Shown here: one piece after another, positions 26,581 through 39,081 of the stretch
Layout: each line of letters starts with the position of its first letter
Numbering within the stretch: the stretch's first letter is position 1
Assembly: GCA_030704615.1 (NCBI GenBank)
Contig: CM060731.1
Location: 44,206,001-44,270,000 of the forward strand
Origin: Takakia lepidozioides
Lineage: Eukaryota > Plantae > Bryophyta
DNA: 64,000 nucleotides
Direction of reading: 5' to 3'
Notes under the pieces: generated by a model
The model's input: the letters and a program-made list of their open reading frames with translations, nothing else
Databases searched by the model: none
What the model was told of the DNA's origin: nothing
Translations under genes and position numbers: made by a program

Positions 26581-27618
26581 CTCTCCCCCTCAGAAAACAA
26601 ACAGAAAAGATAGAGCGATGAGATAGAGCAAGTTGTCGTGCACATCTAGGTACTCTCTTCAAAACATGAAGGATTCACATTGTATAATGCCTACACATGC
26701 CTGCCTTGTATATATACTATATATACTATATACTTATACAGAAAGGGGCTCCCTGATGAGGTTTCCATCAACAAGGCGTGAGATACAGGGAGGCCCTGCC
26801 ATTGTTTTATTATTGGCCCTGCCTCAGGGCCTTCCTACGGCAGGACTACGCAAAGGGTTTCAGCTGCTTTAGCACCCATACTTTCGATTAGACTTCCAAT
26901 TGGATCGAGACAGTTGTCAAGAGAGTATTCTGTCTTTTTAATGAATGACATCTGGTCAACTTCTTGTGCATGCCATAAATGAAAGTCCATCCGCTATTAC
27001 CTGCCACCTGGGTGATTCAGGGCTCAAATCCTGTTACCTTGATATTTATTAATAGACTAATTATGTGATCTTCCAGATTTTTACTACCTATTCATAATTA
27101 CTATAGAGCAGGGCTTGCATGAATTCCATGCATTTATTGATACGAAGTTTTATGGAATTATGTTATGGCTAATAATAATATATCTTAGGCCGATCGATCG
27201 GTCTCTCTACACAAAAAGAGCCAATAAGGAATTGAGTGTAACATGTGCCCAACTAGGAACTAAGACTTTCATGTTCCCATAAAGTCTCATGGGAACAACC
27301 CATGATATAAGGTTATGCCCAGTCGGGCAGAGCCAATAAAAAAAAACAAACGACCCAAAAAAAGAGCCTAGGGGCTTTTGTCTAGCTACTGTTCCTTTGG
27401 TGTCTCCATCACGGTTATCCATGTGTCTAGGCCTCATGGCAGCCTTGAGGCATGTAAGGGTTTTAATTTTTTTCCCTTCAGTAATCTTCAATAAAGCTCT
27501 CAACCCCTTTCATTAAAAGGTTATAAATATAAATATATTTACTCACCATATAAATGATATAAATTATTTTCCCCAGTAAGGTGCTGGCCCAAGGGGCTGG
27601 TGTTTCCTTAAATAAAGG

Positions 27619-27653
<35 letters not shown>

Positions 27654-27839
27654 CAATTTTAGCATTATAGCCCTTTAAGCATAATGCATAGTGTGCATTC
27701 TTGTATCAATATATGAAGTAGGGTAGTTTGTTTCTTTGTTTGTTTGTTTGTAACGTTGAGATCTCCAAAACCGCGGGCCCCAGCTATGGTACTTGGTACT
27801 GTTGGAAAGCCCTCGATGAGGAGGGGTACACCGACTTAG

Positions 27840-28310
27840 CACAGAATACTACACAAAGGTTTGTCATATCAACTTCGTGGTCTTTCTGCGTATGTCAAGG
27901 GTAAATACTCCAGTGCTAACTCTCAGGCTGCTCAGACCTTTGGACATTTAAACTAGAAAGATCTCTTGGGCAGGGGCCAAGAGATCATTAAAAAAAGCAT
28001 CCTACTGATCAGAATCAGGAAGAGAGTCATGTTGTCTACAAATTTCAAAGCCATGCATTGTGAGTTTGACAAGGAAAGTCATGCGAAGGAAATCAGCCCC
28101 TTGATCACTCAATGCCATGTTCATCATTTGAGCTTTCCCTTTGTGATAGACAGGGGCTGCACCATGTCTGCCATTCCCTTACAAATTGTGAGAGTGTTGG
28201 GTGTCAAATTAAATCTTGCCAATGGCATGGAGGTTGTCATTGCAGATGGATCTCATTATGTGCCCTTAGGTCTAGTCATTGTGCCCATCCGAACAGGGCC
28301 ACCTCATTTT
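27840..28310 (+). mobile_element. Ty3/gypsy gag-protease remnant
   Basis: FVIDRGCTMSAI...VVIADGS..PLG resembles a retropepsin with a degenerate D-T/S-G motif. Confidence 0.55.
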
Positions 28311-28829
28311 TTTTGAGTTGATGGTTCTAGAAGTATGCGCCAAAACACACACTTGTAAAAGAGACCTCCTGAAATGAACTTAACAAGGAAGAAAACAGAG
28401 AGCTCCAGGAAACATGTGAACCCTAAACCTCAACCAACCTGTGAACTTATATTGGTCAGAGAGGGGCAAGAAGACAAAAGGGAAGTATAGAACATATCTG
28501 CACTAGAGCAGATAGTCCGCGATGCAAGTCGAGGAATGCCTCGGCGTGAGCCTGGTGGCGTGAGCCTGGTGGCGTGAGCGTAGCCAGGCTCACGCCACGT
28601 CACCAGCCAATTTGTCACGTCACCGCTCACGCACGCCACGCCACGTCACCAGGCTCCCATCGCGTCGAGGAAGAAACAAAGTATATTTCCGTGATGAGAC
28701 AACTCTTATCAGACAGTAGAGAGTCTAGCCTGGGATATACAGGGTCCTTGGGGAGCCTCGATGAAAGTCCCTTGGATCATATGTTACTCCAGGGACGGCT
28801 GCTTCTGTGGTTCAAGACAAAAAGGACGT

Positions 28830-31800
28830 TGTAGTGAAAAAAGAGGAAACAACCTCCACTCCAATCGTGGAGCTTTCGGATTCATCAGATGAAGACATAA
28901 CTGAAATCACTACCGTCGTGCACCCTCCTGTGTCATTCCAAAACTACGGGCAATGGGGGGGATGGCCGGTTTCAAAAGTGAGTTGCGGGGAATTCGTTGG
29001 GACACTTTCAATATTATGCCTGTGAAATATTTTCCAGAGACGTTTGATGGGGATATCCTTTTCGAGCTCCCTCCTCCTCTTATATTGGAGGTATTTCAAG
29101 CCTGATGCATGGTATGGACAAGAGACACGATGGACACCCATGGTGTAGGACGAAAACGTCGAATATTCAAAATCACGACAAACTCATCTTCAGGAGAACA
29201 GTTTGCAATTGACACCTCAGGTACGAAAATTTCGATTGCAGGTACTTTCTTCAATCGAGGGTTCACAACCAGAGCGAGTGGGAGGGTATCGCTGAAAATC
29301 CATTTAAGCCGGGGGCGGCTCCTACACAGACGGACACTTTCGTTTGCAAATTTTGCAAGTTTGTCCCATCATGTCTGGCGGCTTGTGGTGCAAGAATGTA
29401 CTACGTGGTGCACCGTTTGAAAACTATGTCTCGAGCTTGTGTGCATTTCGGTTTTCATAACCATCCAATCTCAAAGGGAGATTACAGGGAAAGTCTTGAG
29501 ACAGTGTCGAGGTTGATTAAACAAGAGTACGAGAGCAACCCATCCGCAACTACATCTGCAATTGCTCTTGCCGCATTCAAGAGCTTCTTGGACGGCCATA
29601 TTTTTTGTGCAGTGGATTTTGTGGGAAGTAAACTTGATGGACCAGCATTGGACATTGTCATGGATCATTTCTATACATTGAGTTCACCCAACATTCACCA
29701 TCAGGTGAATGCATTGAGAATGCGCTTTGGAAATAGAGGCTACATTGACAACATTCTGGAATTGAAATGAATGAGCAAGTACGAATACATACATGACAGT
29801 GTGTTTCTAGGGCAATGAGCGACAAAAGTATATCTTTTCAAAATGTCCACAACTGGGGATGGCAGCGGGGTGAGCTTCGTCAAACGGATGCAGAAGAGTG
29901 ACGACCTAGACAATATTTTTCTTATGTTTGATCACGTCGAACGGGTGAAAGATTAGACGACTATGGCTTGTCATGTGTACAATCATGTATAACAGCGAGT
30001 TATGACAATTGCAGTTTGTGACATGCAATCGGAGAATCCGGAATCCCAGCAGCTAATGTGGAAATCCCTTATTCGTGTTATGGGGTGCCATGGCGTCCCT
30101 GCTCCGAATTTTGCTGGTTTCATGGCAGATAGTGCACATGCGAATTTCAATGTTGTATGGATTATCTTCGGATCGGGGGACCCAAAGGTGTCAATGGAGA
30201 CGAAAACGGATATCAAACCTGAGATGCAAACACAACATCGTAAGTTGTGCAAAGAGTACAAAGATGCGAAATCAATGGCGGAGGCAAATACACTGTTCCA
30301 GACAATTCGTGCCTGGTGGTTATTTTCAGGAGCAGCATCACTTGAGAGTATGAGAGCGTTGGAAGATTGGTTGACGTTTTGGCACTTCCGGTACAGACAG
30401 TGTGGAGCATCCATGACAACGGTCCGTCTCTAGTACTGCATGCATTTTCCATATCGTTCAGTGGTGCAGATCTGCATACACTATTGCAAATGGGGGGGGT
30501 TGCGACGCCAGCCGCGCCCCCACGCCTCGCGCGACGCTGAGTCTGCGACGCCGAACCCGCGGCGTTTTTTTGCGACGCCCCGGCATCGCAATCCCCTACT
30601 GCGATACCATTACGACGCCCAGCCGTCGTAAGGTGGCATGAAGGAGGAAAGAGGGCCCTCGCTGCGACGGATTTTTTTTCTTGCAACGCCCCGGCGTCGG
30701 AAATTTTATAAAAAAAAACATTTTTTTTTATTTTTTATTTTGGACGTTGCGACGCCGAGCGTCACTAAGGGCACCTATGTGACGCCAGGGCATCGCAACA
30801 GCATCACCATAGTGGGAGTTTTTTTTTTTTTTTTGGGGCTTTGTGGCCCTCAACTTCACAAAAGCGTCGTTGGGGGCGCCCCGCACTGGGACGCCCAACG
30901 TTGCGACGCTAGGGGGTCGCAATGGCATCGCCACAGGGGGTCGCAATGGTGTTGTGGTCAGATTAGGTCATCACAAGGACGTCGCTTGGGGCACCTAGCG
31001 GTGAGGGGGTGCAACAACGGCGACGACGCTGGGGCTGGGGCTGGGCACTAAGGCTGTGGAGGTTGTAACTCCCCGGCGTCACAAGAGAGACCCTCTTAGA
31101 ATGAACTTGAAGGCTCTTGAAAGAAATGTTTATATGTGTGTATATATATATATATTTAGATTGATTTTGTGATACATAGATGTAGCGTAGGTGTGTTGGT
31201 TAGTTTGTAGTGTCTTAGAAATGTTATAACGTGGAGGTTTTAGGCAAGGGGAGGTCATTTCCAAATATTACCACTTGACGTACAAAAAAATATAGGGTGC
31301 CGAAAATTTTGAGAAAATAAAATTTAGAATACATTTAAAAATACTATAGGGTACTAATATATTGGCGGCACCACATTTAAATTAAAATAGGGTCCAAAGT
31401 AAAGACGTATTTAAAAATAAATAAAACTAATATTGGGTGGAGATAAATTAAATGGACGTCCGGGCGTCGCAAATCGCGTCGACGTCGCAAATCACGGTTT
31501 CGCCTATTTGCGACCCCCATTGGTCGCAAATTTGCGAAAAAAATTTGGCGACGGGCGTCGCAAATTTGGGTTTTCCCCCCTGCCCGAAAAGGGTTGTTTT
31601 ACGACGCCGCGGCGTGGCCGCGACGTCGAAAACCCCCCATTTCCCTGTAGTGACATGCTTGGGTGGTGTTGTAACCTCTTTAATATTCTGAAGTGTGTTT
31701 TCCACTTTATAGAACATGTCCATTGAGGAAATGGCAGACGTACCATCTTGCAATTTGGCAGAGACAGTGCACAACGCATGGTTGTAACAGTCCGAGAAAT

Positions 31801-32470
31801 AGGGCCGTGATTTGTATGTGGCAACAACAGATGATCTCATACGTGCACTCCAACAACAAACCAGATATCATGACTTCTTGAAAGGAGGCGTTGGTGGAAA
31901 GGGTCCGGACAAACAAGAATTGATGTTGCGTGCTGCAAGCAAATAATGGGATCCAAGCAAGATAGCACGGGCGTTGGACATGTGTTCCAAGGGAACGCCT
32001 CTTGTGTCTAGAGTTCCACATCTGGAGGGGAGGAGAGATTCGGCTCCTGCAAGAGGAAATTGAACACCCCACCTGGTTCGGATTCCGATTCGCACAGGGC
32101 AAACCGTGATAACTTCTCCACGCCTCGTGTCCCTCTACATGAGAGATATATCTCCGGACCATCTCTTCTTGAGAAACCTGCAACAGGACGGCAGGCTCCA
32201 ACATATTACACTCTCATTGCAATGGTGCAAGAGATAAATTTGCTTCCTGATATTGTGGAGTCCATGTGCCCCGACCACATTTGACACATAGAGCGCACAA
32301 CTGCATGGTCTCGTGTCAAATGTACGGCAATCAGGGCAACCAATTCTGAAAAATGCAATTCTTCCATATCCAGAGGTGGTGCCCGCACTCCAGCTCCAAC
32401 TTTCACTGGTTTGATGTGCCCATATGGGCAGCCAGAAACCAAGAACCACAAGTTCTGGTTCTGTGACGAT
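28830..32470 (+). pseudogene. MULE-like DDE transposase relic with an intron (30422-31712)
   Basis: MFDHV.RVKD*TTMACHVY, IAVCDMQSE, GFMADSAHANFNVV, WLTFWHFRYRQ | PSCNLAETVHNAWL, and a C-terminal C..KC..APT..FWFC region. Many stops and frameshifts. GCGTGAGCC/GGCTCAC repeats at 28540-28660 and 32945-32995. Confidence 0.6.
30479..31652. mobile_element. Non-autonomous CACTA element in the transposase intron
   Basis: CACTATTGCAAATGGGGG...CCCCCCATTTCCCTGTAGTG, GCGACGCC subterminal repeats, 3-bp flanks ATA/ACA. Confidence 0.8.
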
Positions 32471-33790
32471 AGGGCGTACGACATCACTGTTTCCAATTTC
32501 CCCAATTGCATCTGCTATTAAAGATTGATGGATATGTTATTTTTTGCACTTGATTTTTCAATGTACCAACTCAAATTGTTCAGGTCCATTCTCAATTTTT
32601 CTGGTGTGTTGAACAATTTGTGTAAACTATTGTGACATGTGTCTAAACTTTGTGTTCATGCAACATGTTTTGTGTACTCATTCCACTTTGTGATTTAACT
32701 TTATGAACAAAGTCTGACTCAATTTGCCTCTTATCCTTAAGTTTAGTTATAAGTAGTCAGTCACCTTGAACATTGATGTTCTAGTGAAACATCATATGTG
32801 TACGTTAATTGTAATGTAAACTGTTCAACCGCCTATGGTCGCACGCCTATAGGCCCTTCTTTGTATAGGTGTCCATGGTAATAGGCACTTGGGACAGCTG
32901 ACCATTAAACCCTTCCGTACTATCCATACCACTAAATAATATGCGTGTGAGTAGGCTCACATGAACAGACTCTCATGCTCACGTGAGCCTACTCACATAA
33001 TAGCGTCGTTGCACTACATGCAATTATTCACTAGTGTGGCATGTGTTGTTGAATACATATTGTATTGTTGTATATATGCATTAAAGACAATTGAAGGATA
33101 CGTCATGAATTTCCAATGACAAAAAGTACTTGAAATTCAGTATCTACCATGCATCCACTTCTGCAAAAGGGGGGATTTGCGACGCCCCGCCATTGGCGGG
33201 CGTAGGCGGGAGCGCACGGTTGCGTCGCCGTCAGAGTTTGCGACAATGGGACATCGCAGCGTCGGGTGCCCCAGCTCATGGGGTCGCAGTCGCAGCAGCC
33301 CCAACGTTGGGCGTCCCCAGCGACGCCCTGCCGTCGCACAATGCGACGCCAGGGGGTCGCAATGCCCAAAAAAACAAAACAAAACAAAACAAAATGAGTT
33401 TACGACCCCCCTGCGTCGCAAAAGCATCGCTGGGGGCGCCCCGTGCTAGGGCACCCGACGCTGCGACGCCAGCTACTTGGGGGCAGTAGCTGGGGCACAT
33501 GACGCTGTTACACCAACTGTTGGGGCGACATTAGTTGTTTAGGCAGTGATGCCCAAGCCTCTGGACTTTCCATTTTTATTTCGGCATTGCGACTCCTCCC
33601 TGGCGTTGCTGCAAGTTTAAGGTGTCGTAGCCAGCTTAGGGCGTCGCAAAAACGTCGTTGGGGCTGCAGGAATGACGACGACGCTGGGGCTGGGGATGGG
33701 CACCAAGGCTGCGGAGGTTGCAATTCCCCGACATCACAAGAAGGACCCTCTCTTAGAAGGTACTTGGAGAAATCTTGATATGTGTGTATA

Positions 33791-36700
33791 TTCTAGCTAC
33801 GACCGAAGTTCGAAAGCTAGTTTAGCATAGAGCAGGAATAAGGTGCCATATTGCCACGTTTTCGTCGTCAAATTTCGTCAATCTGCCCGGACTGCCCGCC
33901 CGAAATACGCCAATAGAAATTGCCGCGCCAACGTTTTCGAAACTGCCCGAAATGCCCAGATCTTCATCTTCTTGATCTGCGTTTTCCGCCATCGTTCACC
34001 TTGCAAGCTGCAAGCTCTCAACGAATTGAGGAAATCCATGCTGAGCTGAAGACTTGCTAAAGAGATTGGCTTGGCAGATGAAGGATCAAGCAAATGATGG
34101 GGAAGGGTGTCGCTTTTTCTTAATGTACGATCTGAAGAAGTTTGTCCATCCTGCAAAGGTGGGCTCTTGGCTCCTGTCAGTACCATGATTTGGTATTCTT
34201 CCTGATGTTTGCAAGGTTCTTGGGAGAGTCAGCTTGGCCTTAGCAGGCCGTGTTCAATCTCTACCTGCTCAGATGCACCGTGGTGGTTCTCATAGATCAA
34301 TCCGACATTACCTGACTAAAGACACAAACAACACACACAAGAGGTCATTTTGGGTTTGATGGTCGGTCAAATCCTCCATGGGTCATGACACAAGATCAAG
34401 GACAGTCTGGTGAAGGCACCTTCTTCTTCGACCTATTTCGGCTTGTTCCATTCAGATCCAGGGTGCACTCCAGATTCCACGAAAAAGCCATTGCGCACAG
34501 CTACATTGGGGAATGCCCTATCAGGTATCCGTCAACTTACTCCAGGGGCTCGAATGTGGGAATGCCCTATTAGGTATCCGTCAACTTACTCCAGGGGTTC
34601 GAATGTGGGAACTAGTGAAATTGATCTGCATGATGAGGATAACATTTGTGCCATGAATCTCACCCGCATCCACTGGGCTGATTGTTGTGAAAGTCCATGC
34701 GTAGACTAGAATCAACATGTTCAATGTTGAGATGCCCCCGAGTTTCCTGTCACCAACTAGCATACCTGGCAATCTGAGTGGCCTGTAATGCCAATAGAAT
34801 CCATTTTTCAGCATTTGAAAGGAGAGGCATCCATCTCTGTGGCCCACAATTCCATAAGAAATTGCTCTACTACCTTCAACAATTCACTGAGCTTCCAGCC
34901 AATCATGATAGGAGGGATACAAATTGCTCACATATACAGGGGCTCAGATGGTCCAGGGCTGGCTTCATATGCGCTGAACTCTAAGCCAAATTACTTGGGG
35001 TAAAATTCTTATATATAGAGGTCACATTGGAGGGTTGCAGATGGTCCAGGGCTGGCTACTCCACCCGCAGTCTCTACAATTGCCCACTTCGTCATCTCAC
35101 TTCCACCTCTGTCTCTCTCATTCTTAACTCCCTCCTGACCCTCACAGCTACCTGAAGACAATATTCAATTTTTGACTCACTGTCCTGGGTACTCTGACCA
35201 GACACCCTCTTCAAATCCATTCAAGGATAAACTTGTGCATGTACCTTTGTTTACCAACTTTGAATATGTCAAGGCTGAGCCAAAGCTCAGCCCCTTTCAC
35301 ACTCCAGTAGTGGGACTTACTCTGATAGAGCAATTCGTTTAGGCTTTCCAGATTTCCAGATTCAACTAAAGGCACATTTGTTTGCATTTGCAGTGCGTGT
35401 GCACGCTCGGCAGCCCTAGAACGTGCAGCAAAATGCGTTCTAAATGGGATCCACAGGATGCTGCTATTTATGTGTTACTATCAAGCCTGGCAGGCGGGAC
35501 AATACTACAAAGGTGTGAAAAATGATGAGGGACAGAGGTCTCAGAAAGGAGCCAGGTCTCACTGCTGTATTGAGGTGGACAACCAGGTGCATACATTTGT
35601 TGTAGAATAGTGTGATAAGTTGAGTTGGTTGTTTCATAGAACAAATCATGCATAGGTCCTTGCCTTGCTGCTAGCAGCTGACCATGAAAGAAGCTCTAGA
35701 AAAGGGGAAGGAGGTCCATGGTGACATCATCAAAGCTGGAATTGTACAAGATATCACTGCCCTGGTTGACATGTTTGCCAAATGTGGATTCCCTGTGGAT
35801 CAATAGGTACAAGAAACTTGCATGGGTAGATGGTCAACTAAAGGCATTTTTGTTTGTATTTGCAGTGTGTGTGCAAGCCTGGCAGCCCTAGTGGGCATGT
35901 ATGCAAAATGTGGGTGCATCTAGGATGCAAAGGGAGTGTTTGACACTATGGCTGAACGAGATGTGGTGTCGTGGAGTGCGATGCTTGCAGGGTATGCACA
36001 GCAGGGACGTGGGATGGAGGCTTTGGAGACCTATGAGCAAATGATGGGGGAAGCACATCATGTTTGTGTGCATTTGCAATGCTTGTGCAAGCTTGGCAGC
36101 CTTGGAGAAGGGCAAAGAGGTGCATGGGGATATCATCAAAGCTGGAATTGTACCAAATTCTGAACATTGCCCTGGCAGCTCTGGAAAAGGGGAAAGAGGT
36201 CCATGGCGGCATCTTCAGAGCTGGAATTGTACCAGATTTCATTCTGAACAATACCCTGGTGGACATGTTTACAAAATGTGGGTGCATCTAGGACGCAATG
36301 GGAGTGCTCAACACTATGGCTGAACAAGATGTGGCGTCGTGCAAGCCTGGCAGCCCTAAAGAAGGGCAAAGAAGTGCATGGGGATATCGTCAAAGCTGGA
36401 ATTGTACCAAATGTCATTCTAAACACTGCCCTGGCAGCTCTGGAAAAGGGGAAAGAGGTCCATGGCGACATCTTCAGAGCTGGAATTGTACCAGCTGTCA
36501 TTCTGAACAATACCCTGGTGGACATGTTTGCAAAATGTGGGTGCATCTAGCTGGATGCAAAGGGAGTGTTCGACACTATGGCTGAACGAGGTGTGGTGTC
36601 GTGGAGTGCGCTGCTTGCAGGGTATGCACAGCAGGGACGTGGGATGGAGGCTATGAGCAAATGATGTGCGATGGGGTGAGCCCGACCACATCACGTTTGT

Positions 36701-38459
36701 GTGCGTTTGCAGTGCGTGTGCAAGCCTGGCAGCCCTGGAAAAGGGCGAAGAGGTGCATGGCGACATCGTCAAAGCTGGAATTGTACCAGATGTGATCCTG
36801 AACACTGCCTTAGTGGACATGTATGCCAAATGTGGGTGCATGGAGGATACAAAGGGAGTGTTCGACAATATGGCTGAATGAGATGTGGTGTCGTGGAATG
36901 CAATGATCGCAGGATATGCACAGCATGGTTGTCATAGGGAGGTCCTGCAACTATTTGAAGGAATGCAAGAGAACGGCTTGAAGCCGGACATTATCACATT
37001 TCTATGTGTTCTCTCTGCATGTAGCCACACTGGCCTTCTGAATGAAGGAAGACGCTACTTCGATTCCCTGATTCAAGATCATGGTGTCACCCCGACAGTA
37101 TAGCACTTTGGCTGCATGGTGGACCTTCTGGACGAGCGGGACAAGTACATGAGGCAGTGGACCTGATTAATAAAATGCCAATCAATCCAGATGTTGTGGT
37201 GTGGAAGGCCTTGCTTGGTGCCTGCAGAATCCATGGCAATGTAGAGATGGCTGAATGTGTGGCAACATCTATCCTCAAGTGGGATGAGCAGGATGCCGCG
37301 ACTTATGTGTTGTTATATCAAACATCTATGCTGCAGCTGGCAGGTGGGTTGATACTGCAAAGGTGAGAAGAATGATGAAGGTCAGAGGGGTTAGAAAGGA
37401 GCGGCGAGCCAGATGACAAGTTGCATCCTAGAATTAAGGAAATCCATGCTGAGCTGAGAAGATTGTTTGGGCAGATGAAGGAGGCGGGGTATGTGCCTGG
37501 CACACGCTTTTTATTGCATGATGTGGTTCTCTTTGCCACCAAGGCCATTGGTTTTGGGCTGATCAGCACGACTCGTCAAGAATCTTTGAGTGTGTGGAGA
37601 CTGCCACACCTCCACCAAATTCAAAGATTGTTGGCCGAGCAATTGTTGTATGGGACGCTAACTACTTTCCACCACTTTGAAGATGGAATTTGTTCTTGTG
37701 GTGATTACTGGTGAAAGGATGTTTTCTTGGAAAGATGCTAGTGTCTTGCTTCATTCATTGATCCGTGTAGCTACTCAGACCATCCACCATTTCCTGAGAG
37801 TACTGACCATCATGTACTGTTGAGTGCAAGATGCAAGTGTCTTGCTTCATTCATTGATCTGTGTAGCTACTCAGACCATCCACCATTTCCTGATAGTGGG
37901 GTCTACCCGGCATAGGTGGGAAGTCAGCCCACAATTGCACTTGACTGAAGGGGTGATTTTTGACTGATTCTGGCGACAGTGGATGGAAATCAGAGTGCTG
38001 TCCTAATTCTGGGTTTGGGTGGTGGAGCTTCTCCAAAGCTTGAAGATGGAAGTGAATACGAATTTTAAAGAGCTTGATGAGAGGGGCAGCCTTGTGCACA
38101 AGTTTGTTCAGCATCTTAAATTTAGACATGTTTGTTTGTTTCTCGTGGTGTGGCTTTGGATGGAGCCCTTGACGAACTTGCATGAATATTGTCAAAAGCT
38201 AGCCTTAACCCACCAAGATCCAATCCCATGGTGGATGCTTGAAAGTTCATACAGTGAATATAAGGGTATTTGGGTATGTTGTTATTGATTGATGCGGCTA
38301 CACCGTGGGGATGACCCACCCATTTTTTGTGAAAAATTGAACATGTTGTTATTGATTGATGCGGCTACACCGTGGGGATGACCCACCCATTTTTTGTGAA
38401 AAATTGAACGTAGTTCTCAGAATTCGTCGCTAGTAGTGCGGAGCAACGCGAAGCCCTAG
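33791..38459 (+). mobile_element. Helitron/Helentron-like non-autonomous unit 1 with PPR-DYW cargo
   Basis: 5' TTCTAGCTACGACCGAAGTTCGAAAGCTAG; 3' TCGTCGCTAG-TAGT-GCGGAGC-AAC-GCGAAGC-CCTAG. Colinear with unit 2. Confidence 0.75.
35370..37714 (+). pseudogene. Fragmented PLS-class PPR-E-DYW sequence (unit 1 cargo)
   Basis: DVVSWSAMLAGYAQQG, ACASLAALEKGKEVH, LVDMYAKCG, E-domain VWKALLGACRIHG, terminal [15 protein letters not shown]. Many stops and frameshifts. Confidence 0.9.
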
Positions 38460-38461
38460 TA

Positions 38462-39031
38462 TTCTAGCGACTACCGAAGGTCAGAAGCTAGTTTAGCGTA
38501 GAGCAGGAATAGGGAGCCATAGTGCCATGTCATCGTTGCCATGTCATCGTAGCCAGGTCATCGTCGTCATCAATTTCTTTGGAATCTGCCTAGACGGCCC
38601 GCGCGAAATAGGCCAATAGAAATTGCCGCGCCAACGTTTTTGGACTGCCCGCAATGCCCGGATCTTGATCTTCTTGAACTGCAGGAGCTCTGTGTTTTCC
38701 GCCATCGTTCACTTTGCAAGCACAGGCATGGATAGCTGAAGGAGCAGGGATCGAGTGCGAGTCCAAATTCATCCAAAAGGGTCGGATTTCAAGCTCCAGA
38801 TTAACTCTGATTCGAAAAGAGAGGAAAAGAGGGAAAGAGAGGAGGGGGAGGGAAGGAAATGATGGACCAATGAACACACCAGGGATGGTCTCTGCTGTAA
38901 CAGAGCAAATGAAATATGTCGTGAATCAAAGCGACAAACCATCAATGTTGAGGATGTGCTCAAAGCTGTTGAGGAGCTGGACCTCACCGAGTTTTGTGAG
39001 CCCTTGAGAGTTGCACTTGCAGGTGTGTATG

Positions 39032-39081
<50 letters not shown>

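Noticed and set aside
30440-33780. Arg/Ala-rich ORFs and repeated GCGACGCC motifs as genes or a CRISPR-like array
   Set aside because: These are CACTA subterminal repeats, with no regular repeat-spacer structure.
34610-34930. Possible LRR-kinase fragment in unit 1
   Set aside because: Only a faint IP..L..L pattern with several stops; not supportable.
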